Shown: in pieces, positions 50,701-63,181 of the stretch
Layout: the number at the start of each line of letters is the position of its first letter
How positions within the stretch are numbered: position 1 is the first letter of the stretch
Origin: Moniliella sp. 'wahieum'
Lineage: Eukaryota
Direction of reading: 5' to 3'
NCBI GenBank assembly: GCA_003971905.1
Contig: RSEE01000061.1
Coordinates: 124,001 to 188,000 of the forward strand
DNA: 64,000 nucleotides
The notes under the pieces: generated by a model
The model's database searches: none
What the model saw: only the letters and a program-made list of their open reading frames with translations
Told to the model about the DNA's origin: nothing
Translations under genes and position numbers: made by a program

Positions 50701-50862
50701 GACGAGGAGGAGGAGAAGTTTGATGCGATGGGCAACAAGATTGAGGTGGCCAAGAAGAAGAAGGCGCTCACCTCCAAGGAGGCCCGTAAGGCCAAGAAGG
50801 ACCGTCTGGCCAAGAAGAAGGCTGGCACGTACGACTCGGCTGACGAGCTGGACGACCTCTAA
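47797..50862 (+). CDS. YEF3: Fungal translation elongation factor 3 (HEAT + two ABC domains with chromodomain insertion)
   Basis: [75 protein letters not shown], Lys-rich tail. Strong codon bias. The N-terminal ~700 bp carries several indels. Confidence 0.96.
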
Positions 50863-51454
50863 AGCGTTTAGCGTTCCCTCCTGCTGCTGCTTTGCTGTCC
50901 CCCTTGCTCTTACATGCCGCTATGCGTCCCATGTACCCAAAACTGTGCCGAGTGCTCCGCTGTTAGGTCACCCTAACCTGACCGTACCCACTTTTGCATC
51001 CTGTTCGTTCTGCGAATTCACTGGTCTTCCATATCCATTTCCGTGGGCATTGTAGCTAGACTGCTATTAGATGTAGGAGGTGTCACGTCATACTCGAGGG
51101 CGCTAAGTCGAAGAAGACCACAGTCCGAGAAATGTAGCAATCGTCCGTGGGGAAGAAGCAATCGCATAGAGGGTATAGATCAAAGCCGAAAAAGCAGAAA
51201 AGCAGGGAAAGAGCAAGACTGTTAGTGCGCTTTCCAACCAAATGGACAAGCAATCGGAAATGGGAGCAATCAGCCAAACTAATATGACAACAGGCACATC
51301 TATCTCTCTACTCGGTGCGCCGACCACATCAGGGTTCCAGCTTGAACCGGGTGCGATGGTTGGGCAAAAAAATGAGTGGGAATGGTATGGCACAATCCGA
51401 CGGGTAAAGGGGGCCAGCCCCGTCCCAGTACATGGCAACACAGGAAAAGTACAC

Positions 51455-51490
51455 GAGGCAAGAGGCAAAAGGCAAGAGGCAAGAGGCAAG
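51455..51490. repeat. (GAGGCAA)x5 heptamer repeat
   Basis: gaggcaagaggcaaaaggcaagaggcaagaggcaag. Confidence 0.8.
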
Positions 51491-51563
51491 CGTTGCTTGG
51501 CCCGCAAGGGCAGATCTGAACGAGAGATTGAGGGATATCGGGGCCCGAAGCGCTCTTGGGAGC

Positions 51564-54500
51564 CTAATGCATCGCAGCCTTGCGGGGGAACACGTACGAA
51601 TCCAATTCCTTCTGCGCAGGCGTACGGCGGCGGGTGGTATAGGTCGACAGCGGGCGCTTCACCCCCGCCCGGATCGGAGACGGTCGTGCTAGAGCTGACG
51701 CTCGACAGGTCCTGCTGCACCGGAGGGGAGAAGGCGACGTAGGCACGTGAGACTGCGACGAGGTGGAGGCTCGGGTCCCAGGAACGGGTGCGCCGTTGGC
51801 CCCACCTGAAGTGGGTGACGCGGGCCCCGGCCCACCAGTGGGCTGGACGAGCGAGCCCTTGCCCTGCGCAGGAGAATAGGCTGTGCCTGGAGTTGGATTG
51901 GCAACACGGTGGACCGAGGCGGCTGATCTCATACTCGACCGACGAGACGAGCGAGAGGAAGGGCGCGAGGCGGGGTGAGAGGCTCGAATCGGGGTAACGA
52001 TGGGTGCACTGGGCTGCAGCGACTGCGCAGCCGGCCGACGGGAACTGAGCGCGGCGCAGACGTCGGAGCGGGAGGTTGAAGAGGAAGAGAACTGGGGCGG
52101 GGCGCCGCAGAGTCTTGGGAAGACTTGCCCTGATGCAACCCCGGGAAAAGAAAGCATCGTCTTTCTCTTCCACGCCTTGAACTTTCCATTTTCCACCTTG
52201 TTCCCCTCCCTCCCTTGCTTGGCATCGTGAGCGCGCACCATCTTATCCACCCGCTCAAGGTCCTTGAGCAGCGCAACCTCGGCCTTGAGCTTGGCCTTCT
52301 CCGTCTTGGCCGCAGCCTTAGACGCCTGCCACGCCGCTCTGCGGTCCGCTAGACTGCGTCTCCTCTTTCCTAGGGGATTCGTCACACCCTTTAGACTGTC
52401 AGGCAAGCTCTCCAACACTCCGGAACCCGACCCGGACCCGGACCCGGACCCGGAACCCTTGGATGCACCAGAAGAGTGAGGTGCGACAACCGGTGCCACC
52501 TTGACCCTGAATGGGATCGAGGGGGTAGGCACAACAAACGTAGGAGACTTGCCATCCTTCGTATCACTCTGCCGGGACGTGGGGAAAGGAGATGCCGCCC
52601 GGAAAGCTTGAAGAGGAGCCTTCACGAGTGGGGGTGACCGGTGCTCCCGCAGACGAAGAAGGAGCCCGGAGAATTCCTCCAGAAAGGGGACGGGTCCCTG
52701 TCATAGTCGGGGCAGAGGGTGTCGAGGCAGGCGGGGAAGAGGCTCAGTCGACAAAGATCTCTCCCTCAAAGAATGGGGAGATTGCATGCCGTTTGGTCTC
52801 GTGCCTTCAAGAGGAACTCCAGGGCGCAACCCCGGTGTAGGAGCATGGAGGACGGCGTGGGAGATCTCAGGACTGCCCAACGTGTCAGCGAGAGAGAAGT
52901 TGCTGTGAGAGTCGAAACCGTCCAGATCAGGGAAGGGCCCATGTTCCTCTGCTGAGGCCGAGGGAGCCGGCACCGGCGGTCGAACAGGCGGAGGGGAATG
53001 CGGAGAAGGAACTGGAATCTCTCGGCCTGACGGCCCGATCGGGCCTGGCACGTCTTTTTGCTCCCGAACGGGAGGTTCTTGCTCTCCGGGAAAAGCGGTC
53101 AGGGATTCGACAGGCGTGTCAATGATCCAAGGACAATCATCGAGCAAATCCGAGGAGACTAGGTAGGACAGCCGTCGTTTGTCGGTTGCTTCGGGAGGGG
53201 GCATCATGTCTTCTGCCATTGCGGTTGGGACTCGCCGCATGCTCCTTTCCAAGCAGTTTTGATGGCCGCTGAGAAGACGGCAGTGTGTTGTTCGAGACGA
53301 GAGAGCGGACGCAGGCGGAGAGAGCGGGTGGGACGGTAAAGAAGGGACGGAAGGTGGGGAAACAACGGAAGAGGAGCGGCGGGAGAGTAGCAGATGTCAA
53401 GGATATCTCCAAATCGTGCGATGTACTCTGAGAGGGGAATTCAGGAGAAGTAGCCCGGATGGCCATGAGTCTGCCATCGGAGCAGAAGGAGGATACCTCT
53501 TGACTGGGTTGTCTGGATCAGACACAACTTTCCCTAGGGGTACGCCTTCTCCCCTAAAGAGTTCCGGCGCAAGACGTGAGATAGATCAGGGGCTAATTCA
53601 CCTTTTATTCCCATCTCGGGGCCTTGCTTGCGGGACGGAACCATTTTTTTCTCGGAAGCGGTATAGGCCATGGCGTTCCGTTCAAGACGTGCTTGCACCG
53701 AGGAGGCCGAAGAAAGCACCATGCGTGCGGTGTTGCTCATGAATTTTTCCTCCTCCACCCTTCCCTGGTTCACCGAAGGCAATAAGCTTTCCTCCGTCGG
53801 CGGCGGGCTCATCAGCGGAGACGACTGTGGCGTCATCCACGTATCCGTATGAGAGCTGAGGGAGGACTGGGTTGTGCTTTGGCGCTGATGAGGATGCGCC
53901 TGTAGATCCATAATCGGAATCGCTTCCTCATCCGAGATCTCAGGGGCAATGGTTGGGGAGGAACTATTGTCATGGTGGAAGAGCATGGAACGCCGCTTGC
54001 TTGCGGGGACTGTCACTTGCTGGGTCGTCTCGCCTCCTCGTCGGGATCGGCGGTGACTGTAACGTCAGGAATGGAAAAGTGGGCTCGGCGACGATGGGAT
54101 CGGAGAACGGCATTGGAGGCGTCCCTCTGTGCCATATGAAGCAGCAACGAGCCTTCTGCCGCCAGCTCACAGGGAAGACTCAGTTGATGGATGCCAGGCA
54201 CAACAGGGGCACCATTGGCCCAGGTGGGGGGGCTTGCATGCCTGAGGAAGAGGCCAACCGACTTGCAAGGCCTCTGTAAGAAGGGCGGCACCGTGTTCGG
54301 GGGATAGGGCACGGGATACCCAGCTCGGCACCAGGAGGGATATACGGCCACGGCTCTTGCTCGTAATACTCGTCAGGCAGCTCCTGCCCGTCTCGTCATC
54401 GTACATTGCCACCTCCATCTCTCCAGGCAGGGTAGGGGGAAGAGGCTGGGGACGGGGACGGAGGGTGGATATGGGTCGCCGATGTCTTGGGCTTGCGTCT

Positions 54501-54597
54501 GATGGGCACAGGCCGCCACAGCTGCGGCACTGATGGCGGGGTCCATGCCCCGCTCTGCTAGGACAGTGGCGATGGCGGACGCCGTGTTGTCGGCCAT
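51564..54597 (-). CDS. Hypothetical Ser/Pro-rich protein (~1000 aa), fragmented by indels
   Basis: Chain of same-strand ORFs from MADNTASAIATVLAERGMDP (54597) through 54013..54351, 53534..54016, 52701..53252 and 51564..52625. Includes a (GS)n linker and a basic coiled coil (LGKRRRSLADRR..LLKDLERVDKMV). No family recognised; the 3' end is uncertain. Confidence 0.55.
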
Positions 54598-55935
54598 GTG
54601 GGGGTGGGAGATGAGGGCGATGGTGGTGGTGGCGGCGACGGCGCGGAGAAGAGGGGGTGTATGCTAAGCACCCTGTTTTCCCGGTGGGTGCCAGGGGAGA
54701 TTGCGGCGGCGTGGAGCCCAGAGCGGCGCCTGACGCGCTGGACGTTTCATCAAGCTTTGGAGGGCAGCCTGAGGTAAGGCGAGCGGATAGCTAAGCGAAG
54801 CGCTCTGGAGATGCACTCGCACGCAGTCGGAGCCATCCGCCAGCAATCAGCTGCTCAGCCTGAGGCTGCTGAGCCTCAGCAGCACGCCGGGCTGCCTCGC
54901 TGCCTCGCGGCCTGCGGGGCGCGCGGGTGGAGCAACACTGCTGCCGTGCGCTGCCAGGCGACGCGACGCCTCCGCCTTGGGGCCAGTCCTCCGACGCGGC
55001 GCTCAGTGCCCCCCTGCGCCTGTCTGCGCCCCCACGCCAAGAAAGCGAACCGCACATGATGCATGATGCATGACGCCACACGTCACGTGTGACAGATGGG
55101 ACCAGCCGCAACCCTAGCCTGACTACTCCGTCACACATCCTCTGGGCCAAGGTGACATGGCGACAATTGAATCACTGATTAATGATGCCTGCTGGGACCA
55201 ACGCAGGCCAGCGCACGAACACCTCTGCCAATAGCCCTCGGGGGGAACTCGCTTTTTCCGTCGCCGTTCCCAGGAGAAGAAGGATGCGTCAGACGTCAGA
55301 TCTTAGATGCCACTCTTTCTTCACCTCCGGCTTGACCGCAGGCCTCATGACCTCATGGCCTCATGCGCCTCACGCACATGCACCGCATGCACCTCATGCA
55401 GATGATCATGCTGCGCTATACAAGTGTGCACGTAATTCTTATTTGGAGAGTTCTGCACCATCCAGCCCGCCTCTCACAGATCGCATCGATCATCGACCAT
55501 CGCAGCCTCCATCCCCTTTCCATCTGGCATGCCCTCCACGTACAGATGTCGATGAATCATCTGCCTCAAAACGAAGGCTCACTAGTCACTGTAGTCACTG
55601 TTCTTACGCCCACTGTAAGACCCCTGCCGCCGCTCATTCAAATAGAAATCGTTTATTACCCTTCTACAGGCAAAAACGCAAGAGACAAGATATTGTTGTG
55701 GTAATGCAAAACTACTGCAACTACTGCTGAGAAAGAAGAGTAAAGAATGAAAACGCAGGCCTGTTCGTGAAGTGCATACGGTAAGATGGGGTTGAAGTTG
55801 TTTGAAGGAATTTCGGAAAGCGAGATGAATGAAGATGGGCATCCAAAAAGTAGTTGGCAGAGGTGATGACAGTTGAAAGTGATTATAAAGTATCCCAACC
55901 AAAAATGGAAAAGCTCTCATATAGGGGTTAGAGAG

Positions 55936-56771
55936 TTACCGGAACTCGACAGGGAGGTGGTACTCTTTGGGCAGTCGTTCGTCAAACCGGAACGGCGGCG
56001 GGCTCAATGGTCCAGGGGTAATTGGGGACAGAGGGTCAGTACCCAGGCTGGATCCCATCTCACCCAACGAGCCCTGTCCCATGGGCAATCCCAAGCTCGA
56101 AAGGTGACGCGCCCTTTCGACCAGGAAGCGTTCCCTGGCGTCGCGGTACCCGGGGGGACGGGACGACTTGGTGTGCAGGTTTTTCTTGGCCATCTCGGTT
56201 TTGAGTACGCATCCTCGGTCTGCATCAACAAGGCGTCCATTGAGGAAGTCCTTGGCATTGGCGGCATCAGCACGGGAACGGAACTTGGCAAACCCAATGA
56301 TCTGCTCATTCTTTTTTCTTTCCTCGGACGAGGGAAATTTCAAGGACGATGCCTCAAAGCCACGAGCAAACACAAAGTAGTTGCTGAATTCGCGCTCCGT
56401 GATGTCTTCCGGGAAGCCAGCGAGAAAGATGGTGGTGATCTCCTCATTAGGATCTTGCTTGAGCCGGTTGGGGATTCCTCGCAGGCCACGATAGCGGGCA
56501 TTGAAATCGTACTCTGCAGGGGACCCGGGCATGCCCAGGCTCGGTCGTCGTTCTGACGGGGGGCCGAAGAGGCGGAGGAGAATGAGAGATGGCCCAGGAG
56601 ATGGCTCAGGTCCTCCGGTGGATCGAAGGAGCGGGACCGAGGCGCCCACGCCTCATCCATGACGTCCTTACGCGAGTAGATCGGCCAGTCGCCCCCCCAA
56701 GCAGCCTGGGAAGGCGAAGAGGCCACCTCGTATGTTGGAACGGTCTCGTCGTAGGGGGAGCGCAGTGCCAT
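55936..56771 (-). CDS. RRM RNA-binding protein, Scw1/Whi3/RBPMS-like, single RRM visible
   Basis: EEITTIFLAGFPEDITEREFSNYF..GFEASSLKFP..QIIGFAKFRSR..LNGRLVD..GCVLKTEMAKKNLHTK. The N-terminus MALRSPYD joins across an indel. Confidence 0.8.
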
Positions 56772-57940
56772 TGCGACTGGGCGGAGAGGTGCAGATGATG
56801 GCGAAGTGGGAAAGGTAGGCGGCGAACGTGGGGCAGATAGATGGTGGTGAAGAGTTGTAGCTCACAGTAGTGGGCTTGGGCCCTGACGAGCTTGTACAAC
56901 GCCGGCTTGAAGCTTGGAGGTTGCACACGTAGGTTGAACCCGTCGAGTCTCGAGATCTGAGATCTGAGTTTCTGAGAGCTTGAGAGCTTGAGCTCGAATC
57001 AAATTACTCACATTAATCAAGCTTAATCAAGTCAAGCTCAAGCTTCCATCCTGCGCACTCAGTAACTCAGTACTCGGGAGACCCCAGAACTCGGTCGTCG
57101 GCCTCAACGTACCGGGTATTTCAGCGAGAACCTACTCAGGACTCTTAGATTTTAGATCGTATGGGCACCTGCACGCTTTCGCGCGGCAAAGCACACGTCG
57201 AGCCCAGACAACACGCGAAGCCAGTATGGTGCCGCGGCCAACCGGTTAGGTCACCGGTCAGCAGGTCAGTACGTCAGTGCTCTGTACTCAGTGCCGGGTG
57301 GTACTGGCCGCACGACCGGTGACTGTGCCTTAGACCCTGCCCCACGTGGCCGCAGCGGGTGCAGAGGACGCACGGGACAGTGTGTGTGTGCCCCGCATTT
57401 GCCACACCCTGGCACACCCTGGCCACGACCCCCTGTCGCTCGTCGATCTTGCTCCGTGTTGCCCCGCTGAGCGGACCAGTGTGCTGATGCGCCCAGGCGC
57501 CCTTGCCACTCCACTTGCTGGACGCGTTGCTTCGGCGGGGCACCCGGGGCCGTATGAGGCCGTAGGCTGTAGGCCGCACCAGTGCCGTGCCAGGCCGCGC
57601 CTTGGACCGACAGCAGTCCAGCCAGTCCAGCCTAGCACACTGACTCTGTGCGGCCAACGCACTGCCCCCTGTCCTTCTGCGCTACGTACTCCGCACCACC
57701 CTGTCCAATTAACCGCTCAAACCGTCTTACATAACGCGTAACGCATAACGCGCGCGCTGTCTGCACCTGACTAGCTTGCCTCGCCAGGCATGCCCGCCAC
57801 CCCAATTCCGCCCATCTACTTCCGCTGGCTCGACCCTGGGCGCGTGCACTGACGTCACGATGTGGGCGAGGGTGCGAGACCTGCGTGGCTAGTCTGGCCA
57901 GGACTTTTGGCACCACCGCTGTTAGATCACACCACCAACG

Positions 57941-58634
57941 ATGCAACACTGGGTGCCCCTCGAATCGGACCCCGAGGTCTTCAATGCGTACACCCATAAA
58001 CTGGGCTTGCCCTCATCGTGGCAGTTCCACGATGTGTACGGTTTGGACCCCGATTTGCCATGGTACCGCAGCCTGTGGGCGCAGTGATTCTCATCTTCCC
58101 GCTCACCAAAGCCATTGAGGAGGGCCTCGCTCAAATGCACAGCACCCCTGCCAAGCAACAGGACTCCGTTTTGTGGCTCAAGCAGACCATTCCTAATGCG
58201 TGTGGGACGATCGCGATGCTGCATGCAATCGCCAATTCTCCTGCGCGGGCAGCACTTCCGGCCAACTCGGCCTTGGCTACCCTGCTCACTACAGCGCAGA
58301 CGGAGCCCCCCTCAAAGAGGGCCGAGGTGCTCGAGGCTAGTTCGGCCTTGGCCTCGGCGCATGCCGAAGCCGCGCAGGAGGGTCAAACTCAAGCCCCTGC
58401 TGCGACCGATCCAGTCGATCTTCACTTCATTGCGTTTGTGCGGGACCCCGAGGAAAAGGTGTTGGTGCATCTCGATGGGCGGCTGGACGGGCCTATGCGC
58501 TGCAAGATGCACCTGTTGAAACGCAGGAGGACTTGCTTCCAGTGGCAGCAAAGTGGATCCAGGAAAAGATGCTCAAGCCCTTCCCGTCCGAAACCAACTT
58601 CAATCTGATTGCCCTTGCACCAGTCGAGGGCTAA
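57941..58634 (+). CDS. YUH1: Ubiquitin C-terminal hydrolase, peptidase C12 (Yuh1/UCH-L3), frameshifted
   Basis: MQHWVPLESDPEVFN..FHDVYGLD, PQPVGAVILIFP, KQTIPNACGTIAMLHA (catalytic Cys), DLHFIAFV, LDGR..GP, NFNLIALA. Confidence 0.92.
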
Positions 58635-59324
58635 ACGGCTACCCTTTGGGGAATCTCCAAATGGTGGACTGGACAATGTCTGATGTGTTTTTGGCTGCTT
58701 CTGTGCCACATCACATCTCATTTGAAGTGCACATGTAGGTGTCGACCGCGAGGGAGAGTGATCACTAGGTCACTAGCTATTCAATGCCCCTAGAGCAGGG
58801 TGGAGATGGCCAACAACTTCACCTGAGCCAAATCGATCGAGCACTGATGGTATCATATATCAACTCCGATCGCTTGTTTTCCGGTACGCAATTGTGGTCT
58901 CCTTTTTTGCCCCATTCCCTCAGTGCGTGGTCCACCACCCCGTTCCTTATCCTCCGAACGCCCCTGGTTCCCATCACTTGGTAGTCTGTACACCTAGCCA
59001 TCCTCCCTCGCCGCGTCCCGTCCTCTTCCATGTCAGTAGCGGCTCATGTGTACTGGGAATGCTGTGAATTCAGAAAGCTCCGCGCTGCGCCATTTTGGCG
59101 CATGGGGTGGGTGCATGGGATGGTGTCTGGGGGGCTAACCCGCTAATCGGTAAACTGACTGACGTGATATTGATGTGTGGCCGAGTAGCAGCCACCGTTT
59201 GGGGCAATGTGATGCGTGATGCATGATGGGTTGCATGGGGGCAGGATCGAGGCGCTTGGGCTGGCACAGATATCGACGTCAGCGCACCTCGTTTACCCAC
59301 CATCACCGAAACCAGCTCTACCCC

Positions 59325-61816
59325 ATGTCCAACACCAAGATGCGGGAGCGGAGTGCGTCGCAGGCGTCCACCTCATCTTTGTCTACGGCGCATGAACCAC
59401 TGGCCATGACGCGCACGCCGCCCCAATCATCATCGACACCTGCGTCGCCGCGCTCCGTTGTACCAGCTTGGCTTGGTGCGGGCACGTCTTGGGACTGGGA
59501 GCATGTGCCACATGAGATCCTTTTGCAGATCATGCGTACCCTCCAGCAGTTGGGTGGACCCCTCTTTCCGTGCACGACAGTATGTCGCGCCTGGGGCGCA
59601 GGCTGCGGTAGCGCTTCTTTGGTTGCGCCCTGTTTTCCACCACACTTCCAGCTTCCACCGTATGGCTCATGTCCTTTCCCAGGCCATGACCGGAAATACA
59701 ACCCACCCGTATCCCTTGCTGGTTCGGCGACTCAATTTTGTTGCCCTCGGACCAACGCTTGATGGGGAATTGTTTGAGCGCATCGCAGCTTGCACTCGGC
59801 TTGAGCGCCTGATTCTATCCGGATGCACAGGCTTGACCGACTCACACCTGGGTACTGTGATTGGGGCCTGCCCTAACCTGGTCTCCGTGGACTTGACGGG
59901 TATCGAAGAGGTCGGGCCACTCACAATTACGGCACTGGGTAAGGCGCACCGGCTCCAAGCGGTTGTGTTTAGTGGTTGTCCTCGCGTCACGGGGGGGATG
60001 GTATTGGCAATCGCCCGAAACTGCCCGCTTTTGAAGCGGGTCAAACTCGAACGAGCCGAGTGGGTGACCGACCCGGGCGTAATTGCACTTGCCCACAATT
60101 GCCCGCAGCTCGTTGAACTCGATTTGGATGATGTCAAGTACATCACTGATGCAGCGTTGAGAGAGCTATGGGTGCACGCTGAAAACTTACGAGAACTCCG
60201 ACTGGCACAATGTAAGAACCTGACGCCCTCTGCCTTCCCCGACGCGAGCACACTGGAACTCCCCCAGCCAGAGGATGTCCTCCTCCCTCCCCCACCTGAT
60301 ATCCAATCCCGGGGCTGTGAACCGGACATGTCGCCTTCCCCCCCTCTGCTCGACGCTGGCCTCGGGGTCGGGGTGAATTTCGCTGCTTCCCTACGCTTGG
60401 AGAGGGAACGAACGGCCAAGTCACTTTTGATGGTGACCAACTTCGCATGGTGGATCTCACAGGGTGCGAGCAGGTAACTGATGCGGCCATTCAGGGGCTT
60501 ATCGCAGCCGCGCCGCGATTACACAACGTCACGCTAAGCAAGTGTGTGCGGCTAACAGATGTAGCGCTGGAAGCGCTAGGCAAACTCGGACGTGTTCTTC
60601 ACCTCTTGCATCTGGGTCGCCTGGAGCAGATCACGGACACGGGCGTGATCCAACTGACACGTAAATGCACGCGACTGCGCTATCTCGACCTCGCCTACTG
60701 CTCCCGGTTGACGGACCGTGCAGTGGCGGCCGTTGCCAGCAACCTTCCCAAGCTCAAGCGAATCGGGTTGGTCAAGGTACCCAACCTTACACCCGAGGGC
60801 GTTTATACACTTACCGCTCGTTTCCACAGTCTGGAGCGGGTTCATCTATCCTACTGCGAACACCTCACCATTCCAGCCATATTTGACCTACTCGTTTCCC
60901 TCCCCATCTGACCCACCTAAGCCTGACAGGCATCCCTGCATTTCGGCGTACGGACTTGCAGCAATTTTGCCGGCCTCCACCCAAGGATTGACCTCGGCCC
61001 AGCGGGCCATCTTCTGCGTTTACTCTGGCCGCGGCATCCCCGCCCTCAAGGAGTACATGAAGACCCACTTTTTCCCCGCGGGTACGGAAGCCCTTCTTCG
61101 CTCGCTCTCGATCGACGAGAAGAGCACATTCCTGGACCTAGCTATGGCTTCAGTCAGCCACCCGTTTGTTCAGGACGCGCTGCGCCAAAACCTGGCTGGC
61201 ACACTAACCCCCCACTCCAGCCTGTTCCCGGCAACTTGGGCATCGGCATCGAGTGGCGCCCTCCGGGGGAAGATGAGGATGGGCGCATGTGCTTGCCGTC
61301 GAAGCAGCTCAGCGAAACCAAGGGATCTACAACCCACTTGAGCGACCATGGTCCGCTGCTCGGAGTGGTGAAACTGTCGCTTCGCGGGAAGTCTGGACGC
61401 TCCCCCTTTGGCAGATGCGGATGACAACCCACCTGCGCCTGAGGTTCTGGGATGACCGACAACCCGGCCCCCTCCTTGTCCACTTTCCACCCCCACCGGA
61501 ACCTAGCCGCAGTGATGGTCAAGCCCATGTTGGGGGTCAGCAGGCCTTCGTTGGGTTTTAATCTGTCTGCCCCGCTGATCGGGAGGATGGGCAACGGGCA
61601 GACATACGCTAGCTCAACTTGGTCCGTCTATCGAACCTGGCGCATCCGGCTCTGAGGCGGGGACGAAACGGAGCGCGTCCAGTACTGGGGACGTTGGCTC
61701 TCCACCACGCAAGTCTCCTCGGCGGCGCGCATCGCTTCTGGACCGGAGGGATCAGTGGCGATTTCCTCAGAAGCCTCAGGGATGAGAGAGGGAAGAGTAC
61801 CGGAGCAGGGAGCTGA
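59325..61816 (+). CDS. GRR1: SCF F-box/LRR protein Grr1, frameshifted
   Basis: F-box VPHEILLQI..VCRAW..LLWLRP, YPLLVRRLNF, CTRLERLILSGC, tandem LRRs (LRYLDLAYCSRLTD, LPKLKRIGLVK, LERVHLSYC), QRAIFCVYSGRGI. The 3' end is uncertain. Confidence 0.88.
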
Positions 61817-62862
61817 CTGGATACTATGGATCTAGAAGATGTTTATCGCCCCGTTCGTTGGCTCGGGAAAAAACTTTGAGCCTATATTTGATGTAGGTCG
61901 AAAGGAGGAGCCCACGGTTCTGTTGGGAGGATCTATTGAGAAGATGAATGGATCAGTGGGTGGCGCCCTTCCTAATCAGCGATCGGGTCTCCATTTGCAT
62001 CCAACACGTAGGCGGCGATCTTCGCCATGTAGTTTTTTCTTAAGGAGCAACGAGGCCACAAGATGCACGTGACATTTAGAGGTCGCGTACTGTTGCACGC
62101 CTTTCACAACAATCTGCATGGCGGATCATGGGGAACCAAACCTCGTCGCGGGCATTGTCTCCTGCCAGGCTGAGAAGCAAGCGGATTGTGTCAATATACT
62201 CCACACTCGTATACTCAGTTGCGCACTTTTTCCGTCAAGAAGGTGATATGAGTAAACCAGCAACTCTTGCTGCTTTGCCATTCAGCTGAAGGGAGAGAGA
62301 AGAACGGTTTAGCGACAGCTGGTTAGTGCTGCCTTCAGTTCTTCTTGAAAAAGCTCCGTGACGTGGGGGAAATCAGCCTACGAGAGCCACACAGGTTTTC
62401 TTCATCTCAACGTCTCGGCCATCTCCTTTTACAATCCTGTTGGTAATCGTGGCGTGCAAGGCGGGTATTGACGTCATCCACGTCTTCAAGACGCTTGCGC
62501 ATGAAGTTGGTAACCGAAAAGTCAGCCAGGTTGGACGTGGCGGGGAGACATAGTAGGAAGAGAGGAGAGGTGGAAGTTATATCAGACTGACTCTCGCCAG
62601 AGCACAGATGACGTCGATCGTTCGGATGTGCATCATCGATCATCGATGATTTCGACGATCCCTTGCAAGTTTCAACTGCAATGTGCCCGCTTGCCCGATC
62701 TCTCCACTTGGGCCCTGGCAGCCCCGACGCTGGTCTGGCGGGCATGGTCTCTCATTCCGCCTCGGGCATTCCGCCAGTCTGGCATCGTTTGCTCTCCATC
62801 TGCCGACAACATGCCTGCCCTTGCCTCCCTCCCCGCCGCCCACGCCACGCACCACCACTCCT

Positions 62863-63181
62863 ATGGCCTTTACGCCACTCACACCCAAGCCCTTCTTGGC
62901 GCAGATGGTGGGAAAGAAGGTGGTTGTGAAGCTTAAGTGGGGCCTCGAGTACAGTGGGTACCTGGTCAGCACTGACAGCTACATGAACGTCCAGGTACGT
63001 CTTCTTTTTACAACGTCGCGTGGCTAGCTGTTGTTGCTAATCCTTGTGCCTCTCTCAGTTGACCAACACAGAGGAGATTCAAGACGGCGTATCGAACGGC
63101 ATGTTGGGCGAGGTGTTTGTCCGCTGCAACAATGTACTCTACTTCCGTGAAGTCGAAGAGCCAGAAGCACAAGTACCCTAA
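62863..63181 (+). CDS. SmF: Small nuclear ribonucleoprotein SmF; 2 exons
   Basis: [44 protein letters not shown], intron 62995-63058 (GTACGT..GCTAAT..CAG), [31 protein letters not shown]. Confidence 0.95.

Noticed and set aside
52420..52458. (GGACCC)n repeat as an independent element
   Set aside because: It encodes a (Gly-Ser)n linker inside the orphan CDS.
10965..63181. Apparent cluster of splicing genes (GCFC/Ntr2, Snu23, SmF)
   Set aside because: Separated by 12-36 kb of unrelated genes; compatible with chance.
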